Positions 25,097 through 35,036 are shown, counted from the stretch's first letter. The stretch is 41,114 bases of DNA from Candidatus Micrarchaeota archaeon (GCA_018304285.1 JAGVWL010000036.1:1-41114); one strand, 5' to 3'. Translations and numbers: made by a program. The notes: generated by a model not told the origin, from the sequence alone.

Positions 25097-25501
25097 ATGG
25101 CTGGAGAAGTTATTTACGGTCAAATGGGCGACTTGAAAATCGGAAGGTTCGTCATCGTCGAAGGCGAACCCTGTAAAATCGTGAGCATGGACAAGAGCAA
25201 GCCCGGAAAGCACGGCGCCGCCAAAGTAAACGTCGTCGCAATGTCCCTGCTGTCGGGAAACAAGAAGACTCTCATGAAATCCAGCGACGCCGACGTAGAA
25301 ATTCCCGTCGTAACGCGCAAGAGAGCCCAAATCGTAAGCGCTGCCGGAACCAGCGCGCAGTTGATGGATTCCGAAACTTTTGAAGTGTTCGAAGTTCCCA
25401 TTCCAGAGGAAATGCAGAGCGACGTGGAAGTCGGAAAGGAAATCCAGTACATGGACGTCATGGGCAGACGGCTTTTGCTGAAAGTCAGCGGGGAAAGCTG
25501 A
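25097..25501 (+). CDS. eif5a: Translation factor aIF-5A
   Basis: LKIGRFV...GEPCKI...KSKPGKHGAAK hypusine loop; AQLMD.ETFE.FE. Confidence 0.96.
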   Translation: MAGEVIYGQMGDLKIGRFVIVEGEPCKIVSMDKSKPGKHGAAKVNVVAMSLLSGNKKTLMKSSDADVEIPVVTRKRAQIVSAAGTSAQLMDSETFEVFEVPIPEEMQSDVEVGKEIQYMDVMGRRLLLKVSGES

Positions 25502-25726
25502 ACCCTTTTCTCACGCCAACCGCCTGTCCCCCGTGCTCGTTTCACCCCATTCGAGGCATGCGATGCCTTTTGCACTTGCAAAAAGCGCTGGGGGGTCTTT
25601 GTTCCCGAAAACTCTTTTAAACCCCCGGAGGCATTAGAGTAGATGCCCTTGGCGTTAAGGGCGGGTCGTTTTCATTGCTGCGAAAAGCCTTTAGGCTCGT
25701 CGCGGTGTGTATAAGGTGCATCTAGG

Positions 25727-27758
25727 GTGGAAGAGGAAATACAGCAGTTCCAGGATTACTTTTCAACTTCCCTAAAGCAACAGCTTTACGACCTCGTCGG
25801 CTCGTACCCGCAGAAAAGGAGTTTGGACGTCGACTTGACCGTATTTTCACGCTCTAACCTCGATTTGGCCCAGGCGATTGCGGAAAAGCCCGACCACTAT
25901 TCGAAAGCGGCGGAAGAAGCGCTGCGCAAGAGCGTGGAAAGCTTCGGGCTGATGCCCGAAGGCTTCAAGCCCCGCGTGCGTTTTTACAATTTGCCCGAGA
26001 AAGAGGTTTTAGTCCAGTATTTGGGCGCCGAGCATTTGAACAAGCTCGTGCAAGTGCAGGGCGTGGTCAACCTCATTACCGACATCCGCCCGAAAATCCA
26101 GGTGGCGTTGTGGGAGTGCGCGTATTGCGAGCGCACGACGAAAAACTATCCCGACAACGCGGGGCTCAAGCCCCCGACGCTGTGCGGGCACTGCGGAAAG
26201 AAAGAATTCACACTTCTCGAGGCGACGAGCGATTTCGTCAACACGCAGTATGCGCAACTGCAGGATTTGCTCGAGCGCGTGCAAGGGTCTTCCACTCCCG
26301 CGCACGTCGACTTGTGGTTTGAAGACGATTTGACGAACGTAGTCCTTCCCGGAGAGACGATTACTGTGACGGGCGTGCTTAGGCTCATGCCGAGGATGGA
26401 GAAAGGGAAGGGGAAAAGCTCGATTTACGGAAAGGCTTTCGACGTAGTGTACGTGAAGAAAGAGGAAAAGGAATTCGAGGAAATCGAGATTTCCAAGGAA
26501 GAAGAGCAGAAGATAATCGAATTCTCGCGAAACCCGCGTGTGCGCGAGTTGATTCGCGACAGCATCGCGCCCAGCATTTACGGGCATTTCGAAGTCAAGC
26601 AGTCGATTGCAATGCAGTTGTTCGGCGGCACGCCGGACAAAGTGCTGCCTGACGGGAACAAAGTGCGCAGCGACATTCACGTTTTGCTTATCGGAGACCC
26701 GGGTGTCGCCAAATCGCAGTTGCTCAAGTTTACGGAAAACCTCGCGCCCAAGTGCATTTACGTCGACCGCTTCCGCGGAAAAAGACAAGGCGGGCGAAGG
26801 ATGGGTTTTGAAGGCCGGGGCGCTCGTGCTTGCAAGCGGAGGGCTTGTTGCTATAGACGAATTCGACAAGATGCAGGAGGAAGACCGCGCGAATATTCAC
26901 GAGGCGCTGGAACAGCAGCAAATCAGCATTGCGAAAGCCGGAATCGTCACAAGGTTTAAAGCGAAAACTTCGGTTCTTGCAGCAGCGAACCCCAAGTTCG
27001 GGCGTTTCGACCCCAACACTCCAATAGCAGAACAATTTGAAATTCCCGTGACTTTGCTGTCGCGTTTCGACTTGATTTTCACCATCCGCGATATCATCGA
27101 CGAGGGGCAGGACCGGCGCATGGCCACGCACATTCTCAGCGGGCTGAAATTCGCGGGAGAACGGAAAGCGGGAGTGAAGGTGGAGGAAGCGCAAACGCCT
27201 TCCAACTTGATTTCAACCGACTTGCTGCGAAAGTATATTGCATTCGCCCGCCGCAGCGTTTTCCCCCAGCTGACTCCAGACGCGACCGAGAGAATAAAAG
27301 ATTTTTACGTGCAATTGCGCGCGTTGGGCGCCAAGACGCAGACTTTCCCCGTAACGCCCAGGGATTTGGAGGGGTTGGTGCGCTTGGCTGAAGCGTCGGC
27401 GAAAATGCGGTTGAGCACGCAAGTGGAATTGCAGGACGCCGAGTATGCGATTGCCTTGAAAGACTTCGTATTGAATTTGGTTTTCGTGGACAAGGCGACG
27501 GGAAAAATCGATGCCGACGTGATTTTGACCGGAACGTCGAAAGCCAAGCGCGACAAGATTTTCACGATACTCAACATCGTGCGCGAGCTGCAGCGGGAGT
27601 TCGACATGGTCGAGACGCACGAAGTGCTCAAGCGTGCGACGGAACACGGGGTGGACGAGCAGGATGCGGTGAAGATAATCGACGAGTTGAAGACGAAGGG
27701 CGAATTGTATTCCCCGAAAGCCGGGTTCGTGAAAACCCCGTCAAAGGAATATGGCTAA
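25727..27758 (+). pseudogene. mcm: Replicative helicase MCM, frameshifted at about 26765 (pseudogene or assembly error)
   Basis: First frame has the Zn finger CAYC/CGHC, IAPSIYGH and Walker A LIGDPGVAKSQ up to CIYV; second frame resumes TASAEKD, AGALVLA.GG, Walker B IDEFDKM, EALEQQ.ISIAKAG, AAANP, LLSRFDL; the conserved ~10-aa SGKxSSxxGL segment is absent. Confidence 0.9.
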
Positions 27759-27816
27759 GTGGGAATTAGCTCGTTTTTTAAACTTCGTTCACTTAAAACT
27801 TTTTCAGGTGGTTGTT

Positions 27817-28809
27817 TTGAAGAGACTGTTGTTTTTTATTCTGTTGGCTTTCGCAGTTGTAGTTGCAGGGTGCGTGACCGAGTCTCCCGCGCCTACGGCA
27901 ACCCCGCAGGCCAGCGCTACCGCCGCAGTTTCACCCTTGCCTTCGATTGAAGCTACGGCAACACCTTCCCCTACCGTAACCGTTGAAATTCCCACTCCCT
28001 CGCCCGAAGCAAGCAATTACTCTAAGGACGAGCTCGTTTCTGCGTACTTGAAGGCTGTGGACTCGCGCAATTTCGAAAAGGCTTACGGCTTGATTTCCCG
28101 CGACTTCAAGAATGAAGATCCGGATGCATTGACGCTCGAAAAATACGCGGCGCGGATGGAGAAAGACTATCCTTACGGCTTGAACTATACCGGCGCGGCC
28201 GTGGCAGTGGAAAACCCGCGCGAGGTTTTGGTTAAAATCACCAAGGGCGGTTCGATAGTCCAGCAAAAACACAGTTTCATCGTAGTTTTCGAAAGCGGTT
28301 ACTGGAAACTGCGCATTCCCTACCCGACTCCAGGCTTGTTTTACAACTCGAATGTTTCGTTCCAAATGCGTTCGAGCGAAGTGAGCAGGCTGCTGGAACT
28401 TGCGTTGAACGACTACTTTTCGCGCCTTGACGGGAAGTTCAAGGCAACTCCCATCGAACTCACTTTGTTCGATGACGAGAATTTCGTCTACTACGCTTTC
28501 GGTTCGGCGCGGCTCAACCGCAGCGACGGGCTGTCGCGCGAATCGAAGTTTGAAGTTAAGTTCGGCCCGAGCTTTATCGTTGGCGGGCTTTCAAACCGGG
28601 CGGATTTGCTTTCCGACAGGCCGATGTTCTTTGAATACCAGGACGGAATCAAGGCGCAAGGCGGCACCGGCGGGTTTTTCTGCTACTACAGCACTTCCAG
28701 CCTCATCCTGAAAATAAAGCTCGACTGGAGTTTTGCAGACGCGTTTTCGTACGAAGACAACATTTTCGAGCCCGTGGTTTCGGGGCTGAATAAAATATGC
28801 CCGCCTTGA
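27817..28809 (+). CDS. Putative lipoprotein with Pro/Thr/Ser-rich linker
   Basis: TTG start after SD AGGTGG; KRLLFFILLAFAVVVAG-C lipobox; TPQASATAAVSPLPSIEATATPSPT linker; NTF2-like-looking segment (YLKAVDSRNFEKAYGLIS...ESGYWKL). Confidence 0.75.
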   Translation: MKRLLFFILLAFAVVVAGCVTESPAPTATPQASATAAVSPLPSIEATATPSPTVTVEIPTPSPEASNYSKDELVSAYLKAVDSRNFEKAYGLISRDFKNEDPDALTLEKYAARMEKDYPYGLNYTGAAVAVENPREVLVKITKGGSIVQQKHSFIVVFESGYWKLRIPYPTPGLFYNSNVSFQMRSSEVSRLLELALNDYFSRLDGKFKATPIELTLFDDENFVYYAFGSARLNRSDGLSRESKFEVKFGPSFIVGGLSNRADLLSDRPMFFEYQDGIKAQGGTGGFFCYYSTSSLILKIKLDWSFADAFSYEDNIFEPVVSGLNKICPP

Positions 28810-28832
28810 AGGCTTGAGAGTGTCGCGCCGAA

Positions 28833-29675
28833 ATGGAATTCAAGAAAGTGCATTTGCTTCTCCTTGCGTGTTTTTTCCTCGCCCTAGCCGGAGGGCTGTA
28901 CGTGGGGGCGCACTTCATAGCGCAAAAGCTTTCGGTCCCGTTGCCCGTGGAAGATCCATCAAGCGTCGCAAATGTGGGCTTTTTCTTCCTCTACATCTTG
29001 TTCGCGACTGCGCTGATGCTCGTTTTGCTGCGTTATTACCGCGGGCGCAAGCTGTTTCTCATAGCCGAGCTTTTGCTTGAATTTTCCGCAATACAAATCC
29101 TGCTTTCGCTTTTCCTTTCCGACATTTACTCGGGGGCAATCGCACTTGCGGCGGTTTTGGCAAGGGTTTTCGAGACGCGGCTGAAGCAGCCCCTGCTTTT
29201 GATTGCGACCGTAATAGTGGGCGCGCTGCTGGGAAGTTCTTTCGACCTGGTTCCCGCGCTTGCTTTGAGCTTTCTTCTCGCCGCTTACGATTACTACGCA
29301 GTATTCAAGTCAAAGCACATGGTCACGCTTGCGAAGGAATTGCAAAAGCGCGAGGCAGCTTTTGCAATTGAGCTTTCCGTTCCAAGCGCGCCTGGCAAAA
29401 CCAGTTCTTCAGCGGGGAAAAGCAAAACCGTTGAAAAGCCGGCCGGGCGCGGCGAGAGCATCTTGCTCGGGACCGGGGATTTCGTCATTCCAATAATGCT
29501 TTGCGTTTCCATCCTCAAGCTCAGCGTTTTTGCTGCCCTGGTGACGGCGTTGGGCGCTTTCGTCGGGTTGAGCGCACTGCTTTTCGCAATGCAGAAAACG
29601 CGCGGCTATTATCCAGCCTTGCCTCCCATAGTTTTGTTTTCCACGCTGTTCTATGCCGTCACGCTGTTATTTTGA
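28833..29675 (+). CDS. Presenilin/signal-peptide-peptidase family intramembrane aspartyl protease (A22)
   Basis: Multi-TM; AYDYYAVFKSKHMV.LA, LGTGD (GxGD) and YPALP motifs. Confidence 0.92.
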   Translation: MEFKKVHLLLLACFFLALAGGLYVGAHFIAQKLSVPLPVEDPSSVANVGFFFLYILFATALMLVLLRYYRGRKLFLIAELLLEFSAIQILLSLFLSDIYSGAIALAAVLARVFETRLKQPLLLIATVIVGALLGSSFDLVPALALSFLLAAYDYYAVFKSKHMVTLAKELQKREAAFAIELSVPSAPGKTSSSAGKSKTVEKPAGRGESILLGTGDFVIPIMLCVSILKLSVFAALVTALGAFVGLSALLFAMQKTRGYYPALPPIVLFSTLFYAVTLLF

Positions 29676-29749
29676 TTTTCCCGCGGATTCTATATTAATA
29701 TAAACTTCGCCAGGCAAAATAGTATTTCGGAAAAAAGCGGTTTTTTAGA

Positions 29750-30157
29750 ATGGAATCTTACGAAGTCTTGCTAGAGCGCGTGAAGGAAAAGCACTCCGTC
29801 AAAACGTCCTCCGGCGAGCGTTTCGAAACGCCCGTTTTCGTCATAAGCCTAGTGGGAAACAAGACTTACATCAAGAATTTCGAGGACGTGGCCGAGAAAC
29901 TGCGGAGAAGCAAGGAAGTGCTGGCGAAATTCCTGTTCAAAGAGCTTGCGACTCCCGGCGTGATTACGGGGCAGGAGCTCATACTCCAGGCGAAAGTGCA
30001 ATTCCGCCTTTTGCAGGAAAAGCTCCAGAGTTTCATTGAAAGAATGGTCTTGTGCAAGGAGTGCGGAAAGCCCGACACTCACTTGGAACACCACGGGCGC
30101 AACGTGGATTTCGTGGTTTGCGAAGCTTGCGGCGCGAAAAGGCCGGTTTTGTACTAA
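29750..30157 (+). CDS. eif2b: Translation initiation factor aIF-2 beta
   Basis: YE.LLER, ERFE.P, GNKT.I.NF, KELATPG, Zn ribbon CKECGKPDT...CEACGA. Confidence 0.95.
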   Translation: MESYEVLLERVKEKHSVKTSSGERFETPVFVISLVGNKTYIKNFEDVAEKLRRSKEVLAKFLFKELATPGVITGQELILQAKVQFRLLQEKLQSFIERMVLCKECGKPDTHLEHHGRNVDFVVCEACGAKRPVLY

Positions 30158-30190
30158 AAATCGTTTGAATTATGTTGTGGGGTTGTTGTT

Positions 30191-30526
30191 TTGCCGTTTT
30201 TCAAGGATCACACTAGGCGTGCGCGTTCGTCGGCACAGCCGAATTTCGAAGAGCGCCTGCGAATGCCACGCAAGGGCGAGATTTTCGGGATAGTGCTGGC
30301 GCTGCAAGGCGGGGCGAGAATGATCGTGCAGTGCGAGGACGCGAAGGAAAGGATGTGCCGCGTGCCCGGAAGCATAAAACGCCAAGTGTGGGTGAAGGAA
30401 GGCGACATTGTTTTGATCGAGCCGTGGAGCGTGCAGGGAGACGAAAAGGCTGACATCACCTACCGCTATACACGGCTGCAGGTGGAAAAGCTGCGCCAGC
30501 GCGGAATCCTCAAAATGCAGATTTGA
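30191..30526 (+). CDS. eif1a: Translation initiation factor aIF-1A
   Basis: GEIFGIV....GG.RM.V.C.D...RMCRVPG..K..VWV.EGDIVLIEPW..Q.DEKADI.YRYT. Confidence 0.95.
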   Translation: MPFFKDHTRRARSSAQPNFEERLRMPRKGEIFGIVLALQGGARMIVQCEDAKERMCRVPGSIKRQVWVKEGDIVLIEPWSVQGDEKADITYRYTRLQVEKLRQRGILKMQI

Positions 30527-30529
30527 AAC

Positions 30530-30928
30530 TTATTGGATTCTTTCAATCGTTTTTATGGCGTCAAAATCAGAATCGAACGATGCTATTTTTCTTATTCCCT
30601 TGCCGTGCATCACCGCGATGCTTAACGCGTCGCAAAAACTGAATTTTTCGTATTTCAAAACCAGGTTCAGCGCCTGCTCTACCTCCTCGCGGGAGGGGAG
30701 TAGCATTTCCACCCTCTGCTTGCTAAAAATCTTGGTCCCCGCTTCGAAAGCCTTTTGAGAGCCGTACCTGGATTTTATCAGCGTTACGACTTCCCCCAAA
30801 ACGTGGTCTGTCAAAACGAGGGTTTCGCCTGTTTTAGCTATTCCTACAAGAACTTCCATGCTCTTCGCATGGTTTTCCTCAACCTCGCAGTAAACCGAAA
30901 TTAAAAATGACGAGTCTAGGAAAATCAC
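30530..30928 (-). CDS. vapC: VapC PIN-domain toxin
   Basis: IFLDSSFLIS, VLGE, SFCDALS, IASFDSDFD. Confidence 0.92.
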   Translation of the reverse strand: MIFLDSSFLISVYCEVEENHAKSMEVLVGIAKTGETLVLTDHVLGEVVTLIKSRYGSQKAFEAGTKIFSKQRVEMLLPSREEVEQALNLVLKYEKFSFCDALSIAVMHGKGIRKIASFDSDFDAIKTIERIQ

Positions 30929-30933
30929 GTTTT

Positions 30934-31200
30934 TCAGACTCCGTAAACGGTCTTGTCAATTTCTTTCTCGGCATTAAAGCGCTTTCCGCCTTTTATGATT
31001 CCGGCCAGATCAAGGATGCTTCCCGTTTTTTTTCCCTCGCCTATGACTTCGTTTTCATGCGCCTCAGCAAAATTAACTATTTTTTTTACAACCTCGTTGT
31101 CGGAAACGTGCGCTTGGCTTTCAAGCATCATTTTGGCTTTTAACTTCCTGAGCTTCCTCAATACCGGCTTCTCTATCTTCAAAGTAGAATATTCATACAC
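30934..31200 (-). CDS. vapB: VapB-like antitoxin (RHH/CopG-like N-terminus)
   Basis: Directly upstream of vapC; STLKIEKPVLRKLRKLK...SDNEVVKKIV; C-terminal SILDLAGII...AEKEIDKTVYG; GTG start at 31200 after SD AGGTGG. Confidence 0.82.
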   Translation of the reverse strand: MYEYSTLKIEKPVLRKLRKLKAKMMLESQAHVSDNEVVKKIVNFAEAHENEVIGEGKKTGSILDLAGIIKGGKRFNAEKEIDKTVYGV

Positions 31201-31231
31201 TTTTACCACCTTTACTACTTTTACCACTTTT
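31197..31231 (-). promoter_or_regulatory. Four imperfect 9-bp direct repeats, probable vapBC operator
   Basis: AAAAGTGGT AAAAGTAGT AAAGGTGGT AAAAGTGT between TTAAAT (31240-31235) and the start codon. Confidence 0.55.
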
Positions 31232-31297
31232 CACATTTAATGGTTTGGTTTCAGCGTTTTTAACTGCCGGTTGCATTATTATTGCATGGCTTTAAGG

Positions 31298-32101
31298 ATG
31301 GGGAAGCGGAAGCAACCCACGCGGGAAGAAAAACAAATCAAATACGCGCTCAAGATTACCGACCGGGTTTTGGACGACCAGACCACGCACACGCTAGCCA
31401 TGCTCATGAACGCCAAGGAATTCCGAAACATCGATTACGCGGTTTCGCAAGGCAAGGAAGCGGTCGTGTTTCGCGCGACTTGCCACGACGGCTCTTTTCG
31501 CGCGGTGAAAGTCTTCAAGTTCGAGACGACTGCGTTCCGCAAGATGGTTCCCTACATAGAGGGAGACCCGCGATTTCACGTGGATGCCGTAAAACATTCG
31601 AAGCGCGGTTTGGTGAAAGTTTGGACGCGCAAGGAATACGCGAATTTGAGTGCGTGCGCGCAAGCGGAAGTAAGCGTTCCCCAGCCGTTCGCCATGAAGG
31701 AAAACGTCATAGTCATGGAATTCATCGGCGTGGAAGGAAAGCCTTGCGCCTTGCTGCAAGAGGTCGTAGTGCAAAATCCCGAGGTCGTGTTCAAGCAACT
31801 GCTCGGGGAAATGAGGAAAATGCATTCGGCGGGCATAGTGCACGGAGACTTGAGCCCTTACAACGTCATGCTCTTGCAAAAGGAAAACGAGGACGGCTCT
31901 TTCGAGGAAAAGGCTTTCGTGATTGATTTGGCGCAAGGCGTTTCGCTCAAGCATCCCAAGGCGAAGGAGTTTCTCGAGCGGGACGTTGCGAACGTAGTGC
32001 ATTTCTTTTCGAAACTCGGAGTGGAAAACGAGTTGTGCGACGGGAAAAAAGCGCTGGAATTCATTTTGGGCGAGGGAAAAAAGGCGAAGGTTCGGTTTTA
32101 A
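31298..32101 (+). CDS. rio1: RIO1 serine/threonine kinase (ribosome maturation); alternative ATG at 31286
   Basis: VSQGKEAVVF, AVKVF, YIEGDPRF, W.RKEY.NL, VIVMEFIG, HGDLSPYNV, IDLAQ, FLERD..N. Confidence 0.95.
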   Translation: MGKRKQPTREEKQIKYALKITDRVLDDQTTHTLAMLMNAKEFRNIDYAVSQGKEAVVFRATCHDGSFRAVKVFKFETTAFRKMVPYIEGDPRFHVDAVKHSKRGLVKVWTRKEYANLSACAQAEVSVPQPFAMKENVIVMEFIGVEGKPCALLQEVVVQNPEVVFKQLLGEMRKMHSAGIVHGDLSPYNVMLLQKENEDGSFEEKAFVIDLAQGVSLKHPKAKEFLERDVANVVHFFSKLGVENELCDGKKALEFILGEGKKAKVRF

Positions 32102-32139
32102 ATTCGCTTGGCTACTGATTTGCTGTAACGGGTGGTATC

Positions 32140-32469
32140 ATGCCTTCGGGAATAGTGGACAAGAGCATTGACTTGGACGAGCTGCTGAAGAAAGAATCGC
32201 TGGGAAGCGGGGGCGACGCGCCCTTGCGGCAAAAAAAGCTTGCCGACGCTTACGCCTTGCTTTTCAACGCGCTGCAGGAATTGCGGGAGCTGAAGGCGAA
32301 AGGCGATTTCGGCGGACTGCGGCAGGCGAAAAAAGAAGTTTACGATTCCGCGATGAAATGCAAGATTGCCGCCGACGAGCTGAAAGAGTTTCTCGATTTC
32401 CTGGGCGAGCAAGGCGGAAGCGAAAAGCAGGCGCCGGACGGGGAAAAGCGAAGGCGCTACCAACGATAG
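32140..32469 (+). CDS. Hypothetical helical protein (109 aa)
   Basis: SD GGTGG; ORF fills the rio1-tpiA gap with genome-like codon usage. Confidence 0.7.
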   Translation: MPSGIVDKSIDLDELLKKESLGSGGDAPLRQKKLADAYALLFNALQELRELKAKGDFGGLRQAKKEVYDSAMKCKIAADELKEFLDFLGEQGGSEKQAPDGEKRRRYQR

Positions 32470-32481
32470 AACGGTGTTTTC

Positions 32482-33147
32482 TTGATTGTTTTGAACCTCA
32501 AGGCTTACGCGGAATCTTCGGGAGAAAACGGTTTGAAGCTAATCAAAACCGCCCATTCGATTTCAAAAAAAACGAAAAAGAAAATAATCGTGTGCCCCCC
32601 GCCGACGCACTTGCACTACGCACGAAAAAATTCCACTCCCAACTTTTGGTTTTTCGCGCAGCATGTGGATGCTAACGAGCAAGGCGCTTTCACCGGCAGC
32701 CTTACGCTCGAAGCGGTTTTTGAAGAAGGGTGCAAGGGAACGCTAATCAACCATTCCGAAAAGAAAGTTTCTTTCGAACACGCCCGCTTGGTTGTAGAGA
32801 ATGCCCGAAAGCTGGGTGTGAAAACAATAATTTGCGCCGACAGCGTAGAGAAAGGAATTCTTTTCGCGCAATTGAAGCCTTGGGCTATTGCAATAGAGCC
32901 TCCGGAACTCATCGGGACAGGCGTAAGCGTTTCGAAAGCGAGGCCCGAAGTCGTTGCAAATGCCGTGCACAAGCTTAAAGCAATGGACAAAAGCATAATC
33001 GTGCTTGTGGGTGCGGGCGTTTCAAACGCCGAAGACTACCGAAAATGTTTGGAGCTGGGGGCCGAAGGGGTTTTGCTTGCGAGTGCTTTCGTCAAGGCGA
33101 AAAACCCGCGCGAGTGGCTGCAGTCGCTGGCCGACGTCAAAGTTTGA
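32482..33147 (+). CDS. tpiA: Triosephosphate isomerase, archaeal type
   Basis: NLKAY, AQHVD...GAFTG, INHSE, IEPPELIGTG, GAGV, EGVLLASA.VKA. Confidence 0.96.
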   Translation: MIVLNLKAYAESSGENGLKLIKTAHSISKKTKKKIIVCPPPTHLHYARKNSTPNFWFFAQHVDANEQGAFTGSLTLEAVFEEGCKGTLINHSEKKVSFEHARLVVENARKLGVKTIICADSVEKGILFAQLKPWAIAIEPPELIGTGVSVSKARPEVVANAVHKLKAMDKSIIVLVGAGVSNAEDYRKCLELGAEGVLLASAFVKAKNPREWLQSLADVKV

Positions 33148-33283
33148 GCGTTTTTGCACAAAGTTTTTAACTTTTCGCCAGCCGGTTATTTAACTTTCCT
33201 CGTTCTCCTTACGCTTGGCGTTAGTTTTTTTTCGCTTTAGCCTCTCCTATCGGATTCGGAAACCCGCCAGTTGCTGGAAAAAC

Positions 33284-33424
33284 GTGGACTTAGTGCAGGC
33301 ACTCTTGGGACTCGCGGTTTTCTATTTTCTCGTTTTTGCGGGCGGAAGCCTGGTGGAAAACGAAACACTCCTGCTCCTCGCTCTGGCGATAGGCGTTTAC
33401 TACTGGGTTTCCATCCAGTCTTGA
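33284..33424 (+). CDS. Small membrane protein (46 aa, 2 TM)
   Basis: MDLVQALLGLAVFYFLVFAGGSLVENETLLLLALAIGVYYWVSIQS; fills the gap; start uncertain. Confidence 0.45.
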   Translation: MDLVQALLGLAVFYFLVFAGGSLVENETLLLLALAIGVYYWVSIQS

Positions 33425-33450
33425 CCGACGGTTTTTGCCGGCGCGCTCGG

Positions 33451-34152
33451 TCACTTTTTCCTGACGTTTGAAGCAAGCGCCGGCGCGGAGATTGCCAGGG
33501 TTGCGGCAACTACTATGAGAACGATGCTTACCGCGTCGAGGTTTGGAATGCCATTCAAAAACGAAACCAACGCAAAGCCCGCAATGTTTCCGGCCATCAG
33601 CCCAGCCCATATTTTCTCCCTTTTGACGCCGCAAATAACGCCCAACGCACTCATGTGCCACTGCGAGCCGGCCAAGTTCCCCAAGCCAAGCGAAACCAGC
33701 GGGTGTTTTTTGATTGACGGCGAAAGGAGTTTTTTGAAAAAGCCCAGCCTCTTTTCGATTCCGTGGGAAATGGAGCGTTTCAAGCCTTTTTCGACGACCC
33801 AATGCACGCCCACCACGCTCGCCAGTGACGCAGCGGTGAAAATCGCGAAAACACCCCAAAAACCGAAGACCGGATTTCCCAGATTGATTGCAACGAGCGT
33901 CGCCACGAGTCCGCTCCTGCCTACGGGCAGCGCGAACAAAACCGCAATGAGAAGCCCGACTAGCAAAGGCGAGCTTGACGAGGTTATTCCGAGCATGCCG
34001 GGCCATTCTTCCGGATGCAGGATGCACGGCGTTTGGGGAGCGCAAACGGCGGCGGTTATTTGCGTCCTGCCGAAAAACCAGGCTGCAGCCAGCAAGAGAA
34101 AGAAAGCCGCGGGAATGTAATCACGCCATTCCTCCTTGAGTTTCGTGAACAC
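33451..34152 (-). CDS. Polytopic membrane protein, possibly distant DedA/VTT-like
   Basis: Several TM segments; no definitive motif. Confidence 0.7.
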   Translation of the reverse strand: MFTKLKEEWRDYIPAAFFLLLAAAWFFGRTQITAAVCAPQTPCILHPEEWPGMLGITSSSSPLLVGLLIAVLFALPVGRSGLVATLVAINLGNPVFGFWGVFAIFTAASLASVVGVHWVVEKGLKRSISHGIEKRLGFFKKLLSPSIKKHPLVSLGLGNLAGSQWHMSALGVICGVKREKIWAGLMAGNIAGFALVSFLNGIPNLDAVSIVLIVVAATLAISAPALASNVRKK

Positions 34153-34198
34153 AGTTTCGCTTCCGGGCTATAACGCCCTATTCCTAGGTCTCAGCCTT

Positions 34199-34999
34199 TC
34201 AAAACGAAATTGAAATAGCCGTAATGTCATCGTACTGCTTGAATCTCGGATATTTCCAGCATTTCGGGTCTTCCTTCTCCAGATTTCTGACGTAATCCTT
34301 TACGTCCTTCAATCCCCCTTGCAAAAAAAGTTTTACAAACGCATTCCAATCGTCTTCCACCGCGGGATCTTTTTTGGGAAGAAAAATGCCGTCGGTAAAA
34401 AGGAGGATGTGCTTCACGTTTTCAAGCCTTTCAACGCCCGATTTGATGAAATTCCCTGCGTTTTCCCCGCCATTCAAAACGCCGTAGGCTATATTCATCT
34501 TGTTTCGTGCTTCCGTGTGATGGGCTTCGATTAATTCCCTTATATTTTCCTTCCTTTCAATTGCTAGTTTTTTCCATATTTTCAGGAGTTCTTTGTCATG
34601 GTCGTAGCCGTCAACAAGCATTTTGAAAGAATCGTCTTTGTATATTGCGAGAATGAGGGAATCACCAATCTGCATCCATTCGAAAAAGCCGTCTTGAATC
34701 CTAACTACTGCAAAGGCCGTTCCCCAGACGTTCCTTTTTTCGCGAGTGTCGATATTGCATTCGGACATTTTCTCTTTGATTTTTTGGTTCGCTTCCATTG
34801 CCGAGTCTTTCAGGCTCTTGCCGTTTTTGGAGAATGTCTCTTTTGCGATTGTCGCTGCGATTAAGCCTCCTGTTTTGCCGTCTTTGCCGACATATTTATT
34901 CAAGCCGTCGAAACCGTCGAAAACGCCGAAGATGTTTTCTCCTATAATGTGGGCGTCTTCCTTGCTGGAGCCTTCGTCGACCACGAAATCAGTTTTCAT
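34199..34999 (-). CDS. PP2C/PPM-family phosphatase domain protein
   Basis: ED motif, GVFDG, IGDS, LFTDGI, DDIT metal-binding motifs; AT-richer than flanks. Confidence 0.88.
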   Translation of the reverse strand: MKTDFVVDEGSSKEDAHIIGENIFGVFDGFDGLNKYVGKDGKTGGLIAATIAKETFSKNGKSLKDSAMEANQKIKEKMSECNIDTREKRNVWGTAFAVVRIQDGFFEWMQIGDSLILAIYKDDSFKMLVDGYDHDKELLKIWKKLAIERKENIRELIEAHHTEARNKMNIAYGVLNGGENAGNFIKSGVERLENVKHILLFTDGIFLPKKDPAVEDDWNAFVKLFLQGGLKDVKDYVRNLEKEDPKCWKYPRFKQYDDITAISISF

Positions 35000-35036
35000 A
35001 AATTAACCCGCCTTTCATGTTCGAGACCCACCGCGC

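Noticed and set aside
26755..26790. Programmed ribosomal frameshift in mcm
   Set aside because: No slippery sequence at the junction, and a conserved motif is physically missing
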